A DNA stretch of 64,000 nt from Azolla caroliniana (lineage: Eukaryota > Plantae > Polypodiophyta). The first letter of the stretch is position 1, and the number at the start of each line of letters is the position of its first letter. The position numbers and the translations under genes are program-made. Location of the stretch: the NCBI GenBank assembly GCA_043228905.1, contig JBHGNT010000011.1:558001-622000 (forward strand), read 5' to 3'. Shown piece by piece: positions 49,001-60,500 of the stretch. The notes beneath the pieces are model-generated. The model had not been told where the DNA came from. It searched no databases and was given only the letters and a program-made list of their open reading frames with translations.

Positions 49001-52000
49001 TTGATGATAGGATCATGTGGCTAATTAAAGTAAAGTAAAGAAAACTAAAGTAAAGGTCATGTGGACGGTCGCATGCAACTAAAAGAAAAAGCCATGCAAC
49101 TAAAAGTGGGAAGGCAAAGTAACATGGGGAGGATGATCAACGGAGAACAACAGATTATTCCATTCTCTTTCCATATTTTTTATTTTCTTTTCCTTCTTAG
49201 CCCTCTTATCTTATCGAAGCCATATCTCTCATAAACCCTAATTTCCTTACAAAAGCCAAAAACCCTAATTTTCCATACGGAGGCTATTGAACTCATAAAC
49301 CATAATCTCTTATCAAAGCCAAAAACCCTAAATTTCTATTGAATCCATATTTAGTTTCTTCTAATCTATTATTCTAATAATCTCCATAAGCTAAACTTTG
49401 TAATCCCAATCTTGGGATTGATTGTAATCTTCCTTTCTATTTGTTAATGAAATTTGTTAATCTTTCTTATTTCGGTTAATTCTTAGTACATAAACACACA
49501 AATTTGATATTCTCTGGTCGGAGGCCCCGGGGTCCTGCCTCAAGTTCACGTATCCTCGTCGTATTTTCGCGACACCGTGGTAGCCTTGATTGATCGTGGC
49601 TCGGAGATCAACCTCATGTCAACCGAGTTCTACAAAAAAGGAAGATGGCCAATTAATACAAACCACGTATAGAAGATTCGAGCGGCAACAAAAGCCACAG
49701 ACGACTTGTACGAAGCTTGTCCCAATGTTAAAGTCACGATTGGGGATGTAGAGATAGATCAACACTTCTTCATGCAAGAATCAACTTCGCATCCTCTCAT
49801 CCTAGGACAACCATATATCACATCATCCCAGATGGAGACCAAGGTGTTTGATAATGGAGCAGTCTTCACGTGAGTCAAGAGTCTTGAGTCTTGACAATCA
49901 AAGATATGTTCAATTCCTAACAGTGCGAGCTAATCATGAAAGAAACCGAGATAACTTTGGAGGCAAATCCTCTGATTTTTAGAGAGGACTATTGAAGCAT
50001 GGGGCACAAATAGTCCGAGCGATCACAAGTGCCCACAAGAAAGTAGAGTGCATGGATTGCAAGGAGAAGCAACATGTGTCACACCTAGTGGCGCATGTAA
50101 ACTAGCACTACTCAACAAGAAGGCCAAGCGTCGGATACAAGACTTCGAGAAGATACTAAAAGAAGAAAACATAATAGAAGAAGAAGAATTTGTGACTCAT
50201 ATTATGGAAGAAGCCTCATTTGACGACACCATCGGCGAAATCGAGGAAGTTGTGGACTTGAGCTATCTTCACGATCAACGTGTGATTTCGGTTAACTCTG
50301 TCAACATGTACGCAATCATCGATGAATATCATCGAAGCATCTTGATGGAGGAAGCTGACATCAACACAAAATATAAAACGGCGGATAGAAAGATCAAGCC
50401 AATTGCAATTTCGCTACCGAAAGATAGCTGGCAAAAGATGAAGGAAGTCACTAATGATCCAAGCTTAAGGGATCTGAAGGCAATAGGTCATGTCTTCACC
50501 GAAGAGACAAAAGGAAAGCTACAAGTTGGAAGGGAGGATTTCCTCCTCCCCGAAGAGGAGTGAATGTTTTGTGGAATGCTTGAGAGACATGGGAAAGCCT
50601 TCACCTTCTCTCCATAAGAGATTGGATGTGCTGACCCAAAGATTATAGAGCCAATGGTGATATTTACGATGCTTCATGTACCTTGGAACTTCAAGCCGAT
50701 ACCAGTTCCAAGAGCTCACATTCCGAAGTTGATTGAGCTTCTAAAGGAAAAGGTTAAGATAGGGATTCTTGAGCCGTCCAATGCTCCCTACTCCAATAGA
50801 TGGTTTACGGTGCCGAACAAGAACGGGTCCTTACGCTTTATTCAAGATCTCCAACCCGTCAACAAGGTGACGATCTGAAATTCCGAAATCAGTCCAAGTG
50901 TAGATGAATTTGTCGAGGCCTTCGCAGGAAGATCAATCTATTCGATTGGTGATCTCTACTGGGGCTATGACCAGTTTCAATTGGTCGTAGATAGCAGAGA
51001 CATAACGACAATGAGGACGTCAATCGAGTTGGTAAGGATGTGCACCTTACCCCAAGGTGCGACAAACTTCATAGCCCACATGGTGAATGCCATGAACAAA
51101 GTGTTGAAGGATTGTATCCCTGATATCACAATGCCCTTCTTAGATGACATTCTGATCAAAGGATGCTTGGTGGAAGAAAAAGATGAATCAAAAGATCAAG
51201 ATGGATGTCGGAGATTTGTATCAAACCATATAGAAGACTGTGAGAGAGTGCTACAAATATTCGAAGGAGCCGGACTTACATTCTCCGGAGAAAAGTCGGC
51301 ATTCGGCCAACGCGAAGTCCTAGTAGTGGCATATTTGTGCGGACCATACGGACGGAAACCCTCTCCTGAGAAGGGGAATGCTATGTACTAATCAAGAAAT
51401 TAATAATAAGAAAATTAGTTATCCTATTGTTGATGTATCTTCTCCCTCAAATCTAAAGTCAAGGGTCCAATCTCTATCTCAATCTACCTTAAATACTTTC
51501 TCGCTAAAGCTAGTACAAACTTTGAATCCTTCCGGTCCAGGACGCAGCGGTTCCGCCTCACGATCCGCACATAGTGATGGATTTTCACGGCAGCGCTTCC
51601 TTCGGCGTCTCGGCTTCTCGAATGTAGCCGAGCATGTGGTCGTGAACACAAGTCGCCAAGCAATACATCACTCAGCTTGCCGCTTTCTCCCATGTTGCGT
51701 AGTCGGCGTCTTTCGGGTCGGGTCAGTTTTCTTGTGCTCCTTTGATGTAACCCCAATAGCCTTGGCCGACAAGGTGTTGGTGCATCTTGTACTCCCAAGA
51801 TCAAAGTTGTTTCGATTTAGCTTCTCATTAGGGAGAGCGCCCCCCATTTGAGTATTCATTGTCGACGAAGATTTCTTCCTTCTTTTCTTTTCCTTCTCTC
51901 TCGAATACAAGCTATGTAGTCACACTACGATAGCGATGGACCAGTTCTTCTCGAACATCGGCGTAGAACACAACACACTCGGATGGGCTAGATCGAGCTA

Positions 52001-52711
52001 CCAAACTGCTCTGACACCATGTAAAGAATCGGATATGATTCTTGTGCAATGGAAGAGATATGTGTTATGTGTATGTGTGAGAGGAAAGAGATGAGAGAAG
52101 AGAAAGCACAAGATATCTAGATAGATGAAAGACAAATGGAGTACTCAAGAAGAAGAAGAAGATGTATATTCACAAGTAAAATAGCAATTACAAAATGTAG
52201 CATTACAAGGACTCACGACCGACTTAATATGAAGTAGGAGAAGGGTGCTTTATATATAGTCACCCTCTCTCTTCATTAACTAACTACAACAACTACTCTC
52301 TCTTGGGGAATGTGAAGACTCATAGTCATGGGTAATATGTAACTCATTCGCTAGTGGTGTGACTCTTGACCTTTGAGTAATCACATATTCTCAAAAGGTG
52401 TGTTCACACATCGCACTATGTTGAGCTTGATTCTCAACACTTTACATAGCAAGAATGATTGTTTTTTTTAAGCTTTTCTTATAAACTATAAATATAATTG
52501 ACTACATTGTTATTTTTACACACCATAGATAAGGGTTTTTTCTTTTTTTTTCTTTTTTTTTCCAAAAAAAATCTACTTCCATAGATAAGAGATATTGAAT
52601 GCATACAATTTTCTATGTTTTTGTATTTGTTCAAGGCTTAGGAGGACGCTATTTATATGATATAGCTCCATGTACTATAGTACATGATGATAGTTTAATT
52701 TATTAGAATAT

Positions 52712-55700
52712 TGTGGTGTCCCTTTCATGCAAAAGCATGCATTTGAACACACCACTCTTTTAGCCACTCCCGTTTAGCACATCACCCATTTTAGCCCACC
52801 CTTTTAGCACACCATTTTGGGACACGTGTTGCTAGGTCGTCCCAAAATGGGTTCTTTGTATCTTCTATATATTGAATGATAAGTATGAAGCTAGCTAGGC
52901 TGGTTTGGTTTCCTTTTATGTGCATTTCACATAATTGGTGGAGAAGCGGGCTCAAATTTTAGCCACTACTACATTGTTCATGGCATCCCAATTCCCTTCC
53001 GCCGCCTCCAATGTCGATACCCCGATGGAGCCTGAGTTCTCGCAACCTCACGCACGACCTCCCCCTTTCCAAATGGAGCAACTCCTGGAACTCGTCTCCA
53101 ACGCCATGCTTCAAATCAGCCATACGAATCAAGCTATGCTCTCCTTCCTCTCCGCTCACAACGACCGCGCGCAAGATCGTCCAGATTCCAAGGTGCGCCC
53201 AAAGTCCTTCTCCGGATTGCCTTCCGAGGATGTCTTAGCTTGGTTGGATCATTTTGAGATGATCTCTAGTTACCATCGATGGTCCAACGAGTGCAAAGCT
53301 TTGGAAGTTCGTACCCTACTCGAAAACGTCGCCGCCACCTGGTACGTCCAACAATCAAGCGACGTGACCAAGAATTGGGTGATCCTTCAGGATCTCCTCG
53401 TACAAAACTTCGCCCATCAAAATTCAGCCCAAACGGCGTTACAACAACTCGAAACATTGCAACAACAAGCACACGAACCTGTGGGCCAATTTGGTGTTCG
53501 CCTCAATCAACTCCTCATTCGCGCTGACCCTACCATGCCCGAGCATGTGAAGCTTTTCTTGTTATGGCCTCGTCTGCGCCACGACATCACTCGCCGCGCT
53601 CGGGACCAAGGTCCGCAGACATTCAACGATGCCATCCTCATCGCCCAACGAATCGAAGCTTGTACATTATCTGACACCCAACCTCGTTGGCCCCATCCAT
53701 CAGCCACCGACTCACGCACCCAATACCAAGGCGCGGCCCCCATGGACATTGATGTCCAAAACATGCAATTGCAAGCTCGCCGCAACCGTCTCGATCGCGA
53801 TAGCCAAGGGCGCCCGAGGTGTTTCTACTGCCACAATTATGGACACGTCCGACGTCAGTGCCGGAAATTGCAACAACAATCTCACAAGCAACAAGTCCAG
53901 ATAACTATGGCTGACGCGGCATCGTTGGCTGAGCTTTCGGGAAACTGACGTCCGGGGTGTTGATGGAAGGAGCCAGCCCTCCACATCCAAGCATCCGCCT
54001 CTTCTAGTTCGAGGGTATGCACCACCCTCACCACCATTAATCATTGCACCCACACCATCTTATTAGACACTGGTAGTAGTATATCTTCTATTAGCACCGC
54101 TTTAGTACACCGGTTAGGTCTCCCCACATCCACTGCTCCTTCCATCCAAGTCCTTTTTGGCGATCACCAACATCTTTACCACTCTCACACACAAGCCCAT
54201 TGCACCTTCACCTTAGGCACTATCACCTTCTCACATCACTTTTATGTCTTGCCCCACCAACTCTTCCCCCTCACCCTAGGTTGTGATTGGTTCCTCAAGC
54301 GCCGCGCTATGATTGATTTTGATTCCCACAAACTTCTTGTCCCACATGCTTCCCCTATCACGGACACACCAAGTGCGGACTAAGACGGAGCACGGATGAT
54401 GAGGCTATGATGGAGCGATGATGCGAGAAACTTAAGACGGGGAATGACACAAGAGCATAAAGATAGAGATTAAGATTAAGGAGAGAAGATGGGCAAAACG
54501 GGATTACTAGATTGATATGTCCATGACTGGTGTTGTTCACCTTGAATTCCTTCAAGGTGAACTCAACTATTTATACTAAGTGGCATGCATACCTGTTGCA
54601 CGCATGTGATACAATAGAGCATGTAGGTAGTAGGTATGCATGCATGTGCCAAGTGTTAATAATACAAGGGAGAAATTATGCACATGATGCTAGCTAAAAC
54701 CTACAATGAGGAAGTATATACATGATTATATGCTAGATGTGTGGTTAACACATAACACTCGATTATAACATGGTCATGTCAAGAGTTCAAATCTTGACAC
54801 GCCCATCCTAACTTTGACCGACCGTTCACGTTGCAGACAGACGCATCAAACCAAGGGTTAGGAGCCGTCCTCTTGCAAGCCGATTGCCATGGGCAAGAGA
54901 AGGCGGTCGCCTTCATTAGTCGGACTCTCACGCTGGCTAAACGCAACTACTCAACCACTGAGAAGGAGCTACTTGCGATTGTCTGGTCTTTCCAGCGTTT
55001 TCATCCATACCTTCATGGTGGACAGGTTACGGTTGAGACCGACCACCAGCCCTTGCTTTCTCTTATCCATCGACCTCACCCCCCAGGCTGCCTATTGCGA
55101 TGGACGCTGGCACTTCAAGAGTATCAATTTACCCTCTCCTATCGGAAAGGTGCAACCAATTTGGTCGCTGATAGTCTCTCTCGCGCCGACTGCCAGGCTG
55201 TCCAATTTTTCCCTAAGACATCCGATCTTCCGGTACCATTGCCACAACTCGCTACGCTTCAACAACACGACCCCGCCATCCAACAAATAATCCATCAGTT
55301 GCGCTCCCTCCAACCGTTTCCCTCACAACGATGGTTCATGCTCCACGATAACTTGGTATTCTTCATTCAAGCGCATCACGAGCCTCGTCTCTACATCCCT
55401 CATGCCCTACAACAAACGTATCTCCAATTTTATCACGACCACCCATTGTCTGGCCACTTGGGTTTCCACAAGGTTCTTGAAAAATTACGTCTCAAGTATT
55501 ACTGGCCCAACATGAGACACTCAGTCTCTACCTATATCAAACAATGCGCTTTGTGTCAACACATCAAACCTGGGGGCAAGCCAGCTGGAACACTCCAACC
55601 CATCACCGTCACGTCACCTTTCGAGCTGGTCGGATGGGATTTCATGGGACCTTTTCCCGAAACCTCTAGGGGCAACAGGTATATCCTTGTCATAACAGAA

Positions 55701-56748
55701 TACCTCACACGATGGGTTGAAACTGTTGCCATCCTCGACGTCACTGCGCCAACAATTGCCTCCCAACTCTTGCAAAAGGTAATATTTCAACATGGTTGCC
55801 CTATCCAAATCTTATCTGATTAGGGCCGCCAGTTCCATGGGGATGTCCTCAATGCTGTGGCAACTCAACTAGGTGTCCAACAAGTGTTTACATCCCCTTA
55901 CCATCCTCAAACAAATGGCCTCACTAAATGCCTCAACAAGACCCTCAAGCAAGAAATTGCCACTTACATCGATCCATGCCACAAAACCTGGGATCAAATC
56001 TTGCCTTTTGTCACCCATGCCTACAATACATCCGTACAAGCGTCGACACGGATCAGCCCTTTTCGAGCACTCTATGGACGCGACCCACGGCTCCCACCAG
56101 AAACGTCCATTGACATCTGTTCTAAACCTGCCAACATGGATAGTGCTACTTGGGGGCTTTATCTCCAACAAATGCTCCCCCTCCTTCGACAAGCCAGCTC
56201 CCGAAATCTACAAGTCGCACAACAACGTCAAAAGCGACACTACGACGTGGGTCGAATCACCCCGACGTATGCTGATGGAACCAAAGTCCTTGTTTACTTC
56301 CCGATCCGGTGGCGTGGTCTCAGTGAATCCCTCATGCACCGGTGGATCGGCCCATTCACCGTAATTCATGCCATCAAGTTCACGACTTACTTACTCCGAC
56401 GCGATTCCAACGGTCGATTCACCTCAGCCCATGTTGCCCGTATCAAGCCATATGCTACCCCAAGCCTATCTTCTAGCACCCCTCCTTCTCTCATAGCGTA
56501 ACACTCCTTGTTTTTCTGAGGGGGGAAATGTGGTGTCCCCTTCATGCAAGAGCATGCATTTGAACGCACCACTCTTTTAGCCACTCCCGTTTAGCACATC
56601 ACCCATTTTAGCCCACCCTTTTAGCACACCATTTTGGGACACGTGTAACTAGGCCGTCCCAAAATGGGTTCTTTGTATCTTCTATATATTGAATGATAAG
56701 TATGAAGCTAGCTAGGCTGGTTTGGTTTCCTTTTATGTGCATTTCACA
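52712..56748 (+). mobile_element. E6: small Ty3/Gypsy element with 220-bp LTRs; RT missing
   Basis: LTRs 52712-52931 and 56529-56748 (6 differences counted); TSD ATAT; PBS TGGTGGAGAAGCGGG; PPT GAGGGGGGAAA; gag with CFYCHNYGHVRRQC, protease LLDTGS, RNase H QTDAS..NYSTTEKE, integrase GHLG..HPQTNG. Confidence 0.94.
54356..54799. mobile_element. Solo-LTR-like insert occupying the position of the E6 RT
   Basis: TATCACGG...TCTTGACA termini (TGTCA/TGACA-like); composition differs from the C-rich host; no matching TSD. Confidence 0.6.
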
Positions 56749-57520
56749 ATATGGTGCAAATGCAAAGATCATATTAGGCATCATTCAAGTTCCCAAGTTT
56801 GTGCCTACCTAATAGAGGTCAAGAAACTCACCATATGTTGTTTTCACATGTAGCCCAAACGTAATTCACATGCCATGGGTAGATGGATTGAAACTTTTGT
56901 GACAAGTGTTTTGCCTATATGATGACAAAGTTTCATATTGAAAGAGTTTCCTATTTGGACTTGGATTCCTCTTTTGCTTTATGAAGGTATCTTGTGCTTT
57001 ATGATTCTCCATTGCAACTATAGCTACATGTTAACATTCTGCACACATTTTCCCAAAAGATAACATGATAGGGAGAACCTTCCAAAATCAAGGTAGTCTT
57101 AATATAGAAGAGATGTCTCTACTATCATCGTATACCTAGACAGACTTATGATTGATCAAGATCATGTGAGGCCTCTTCTATCCATCACCATCTCTAGGAT
57201 GATTCCACCAAATGAAGGATGGCATGTTGGATTACCACAACAGTCCATTCCATACTCAAACTCTTAAATGCGCAATGTAATAAATAGCGAACCCAGCCTA
57301 GTTCATGCTGCTTCTTGAGCACCAATCAATGGCTGTATCGTTAAAAACAAAAAAGGGATTGATTTTCCAAAAAGTTTTGATTCTTGCACAAATAGAACAC
57401 CCAAAATCTAGCGTTATACAATGTGAAATATAAACAATAAGCCCCCCCCCCCCCCAAACGTTGTTTACAGCATCCGGAAAATAGCTCCAGGAGAAAGAAA
57501 AAGAAAAGAATTTTGAAGTT

Positions 57521-60500
57521 TTAGCTGGTATTATGCTCTGCTGCAGCTGTTTCACTATGCAGGAAATGTCCATGATGTAGAGGTTGTGCTGGTAGCGCCA
57601 CAAGAGGTTGAATGCCCATCTTCCAATATGGAGCTTCAAAGGTCATTGCCTTGCCGTGTGATGCATTTCCCAGAGCATCCATTACACTTTTCTCAAGTTT
57701 CCGCTTTACCTTTTTCTTAAGTAAAGGATGGCCCTCTACTTTGCTCATCTTCTCAATGCTACCAAAACTCTTGCCATGAGATATTTTAATTACTTGATGA
57801 TTCTTTGCTACACTAGACAAAGGCAACTGACCCCCCAGATTTGATTCTGAGCTGGTGTGGACACCACTGCATTTTGCTTTCTCATATGAAGAGTTGTCTA
57901 TGCCTGGAAGGTTCAAATCCAGTAATGGAAACCTTTCCATATCAGTTTCTACTTGTTTATAACCCAGCCTCTGCCTCTTTTTAATCTCTTCTCTTGCCTG
58001 CACATTTCATGTTAACAGATAGGAGCTCAGTCAATCGAAGAGGTATAAGGAAGGATCTTTTTGTTTTTGTGTTGTGCTTTTGTTTTGTTCTGTTTTCTTT
58101 TTTTTTTTGGAGGGGGGGGGGGGGGGGGCAAAAAGGTCTTTACGTACAATATTAGCTTTAATTTGTTTCTTTTTCCGATCCTTGGCTCGCTGAACAGCAT
58201 GCTTAATGCCATTATTGTCCATCCACCCATCTGGCCATAGCTCTGCAAGCTGAGCCATGAGGAACAGAAAGGAAGTCAGCTTAGTACTATGATGTCTTCA
58301 TATTATCTAGATCAATATCCTAAATCTGCCAATTTCTTATCACAGACTAACCTCCCCATAAAGCTTCCTTATTTGTGGACCTTTATGTTCATCCATACCC
58401 TAGATGGTTACAAGGAATGTTAGTCACAATAATGATTCCCATCCTTGCAATGCAAAAAAATTTGGAACATGTAAACCTCTATGTATTGTTCATATAAATC
58501 ACAGATCTTGTCCTCCGTAGCACTATCCCACTGATATCTTCCATCCATGCTTGGTTTCTCTGCAGACGTCCCTTGTGTCTGGAAATCGTCGGATGACAAA
58601 TCCCGAGGTTCCACATCCTAAAGAAAGTTTGTACTCATTATCAGAAAAAGGCACTTGCATTAACCAAAAAGACAATACTGAAGGAATGCACCAGTATTAA
58701 CAGAAGGGCAGGATTGCATCATAGAGCAGAATTTCATGATATACAAAACCTGTGGCTGTCCTTGCAATGAATGAACTCTTGACTTCACCATTTGTGTAAC
58801 CTCCCATTTAATATCTTGCAATCGGCCCTCCTTTTCTTGCATAGCAGATAAACCCACTTCTATCATTTCCTTCAAGTTTTTCTGCGAATGTCACAGAAGA
58901 AAATCAAATTGCGAGGAAATGCTCTCGAGTTGTGTACTAGTAAGTGCTATTCGTTACATACACCTGAGAAAGATCCAAGAACAACATGGACATACCTTTA
59001 ATGTCTTCTCTTGCATTACATGCCCCAATATCCCCATAAGTCTATCAATAAATTCATCTGTAAGTTTTCCTTGTTTTGCCTGCATATAAAAGAACAAGAA
59101 TAAAAGTTGCAGTTGAACTCTCTCAGGTTAAGAAAAATATAAAAACAATGATTGATGCATACTGCTAATCTTGCAACTTTGGCCAGCTTTTGTTTTATAT
59201 CTTGTGGTAGTCTGTTTCTCTTTCCTTGTTCAGCTTCCCTTAGGGTCAATAGTGGAGGACATACTGCATTCCATTGGCCTTAAAACTTTATTACCTTGAC
59301 TAATTTGCTAAATAGTAAGATTTGATTAAGAACCTCAAGTTATAAAGGGCCTACACTGAGCAACTCCCCTTTCCAGGTCTTGTAATGCTCTTTGAAGTGC
59401 TGTGCTTTTTGAGCGTACGGGACTAACATCTTTACCAACTGTAGAAGATAAACTCTGCAATTTTTAAACAGATAACTTACATTAGGAATTACAGAGAAGT
59501 TACACTTGAAATTAGAGAGACCCTTGAGAAACTATATTACAAAGAATTCAAATAAACTTGTCCAAAATTAAAAATATTGCAAAAAGAACAGGAATTCATC
59601 AATAGATGAAATTGAACGGCAAACAGAAAGAAAGAGAATATGAAATGATACAAACAGAAACTTATGATCCAGAAATATCATATATAGACATTATAGACAG
59701 AAGAAAGAGAATATGAAATGATACAAACAGAAACTTATGATCCAAAAATGACATATAAATAGTGATAAAATTTCCGAAACTCGGATAGTAACTTGCCGAA
59801 TTGCCAAGTTGCATTCTGCATGCAATTGTCACGAGTTCCTTGGAATCTTCATCTTGACTTGTTTTTGGAGCAGACTTGATTTTGTTTGAAACTAAGACTC
59901 CTGTGTCTTTTGATTCCAATTCTTTGCTACTCCTTTTCAAGAAACCAGGTGAATCAACATCCTTCATTGACTGGAACTCTGTTTTGATTATAGTACATGT
60001 TTGTTCCTTTGGCCTCTCTGCTGAGTCACATTTGGAGAACATCCTATGGTCTGTTCGCTCCTTGGCCAAATTTTTAACTCTGTCAGCATGATTATTAGCT
60101 TGAATTTCACAATGATGGTTTATCTTGGAAGATTTTCCACCAGTGTGCCTTACTGTAAAGTCTAGACAGCCTTTTTTCTTAATCGGTATGCCTTTGCTTG
60201 ATGAAGTTAATGCAAACAAATCCTTGTCAGAAGAATCTGATGATCCAACTGTCGATGGAGTGTTGCTCAATACAGCAGATTTCAGCATTATTCCTGTATT
60301 CAACTGCTGCTTTGAAGTGACTTCATTAGAATCGTTACCTAATTTCTTGATGTCTCTCCTTTTTCGTTTTTTAGGGACAGCTATAGGTGGAGCAACTGCT
60401 TCAGTCCTGATACAAATGCAAGACTCTCTCTCTCTCTCCCTCTCTTTTCTATCATAATGAACTTACCTTAGTGATAAGTTATTAAGCTATCATATCAACA

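Larger units (their letters stand above)
25477..49574 (+). mobile_element. E3: Ty3/Gypsy element inserted in E2 gag-pro
   Basis: 5' LTR 25477-26832; PBS 26836-26852; gag in three pieces (26883-27151, 32160-33288, 43970-44769) with CX2CX4HX4C and protease LIDHGSE; RT (FLDDIPIKG) and RNase H 45903-47588; integrase GHRG 47607-48665; partial 3' LTR ~48665-49574; TSD CCGT. Confidence 0.93.
22533..51592 (+). mobile_element. E2: Ty3/Gypsy element inserted in Copia gag; internally deleted
   Basis: 5' LTR 22533-23604; PBS TGGTGAACCCGACGTGA 23613-23629; gag 23668-25476 resumes at 49575 with protease and RT to ~51370; partial 3' LTR ~51370-51592; TSD ACGC/GCGC; Copia gag reads TPKEA|WENLQK across the junction. 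Confidence 0.9.
18191..52439 (-). mobile_element. E1: Ty1/Copia LTR retrotransposon, outermost element of the nest (degenerate)
   Basis: LTRs at 52020-52439 (5') and 18191-19183 (3', interrupted), both TG...CA; 5-bp TSD CTTTA on both sides; iMet-like PBS TGGTGTCAGAGC next to 52020; PPT GAGGGGGCG at 19184; gag at 51593-51950 and 21890-22532, protease WYVDSGASNHM, partial integrase, RT YKARLVAKGY, RNase H LYCDN...RTKHIEV. Confidence 0.95.
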
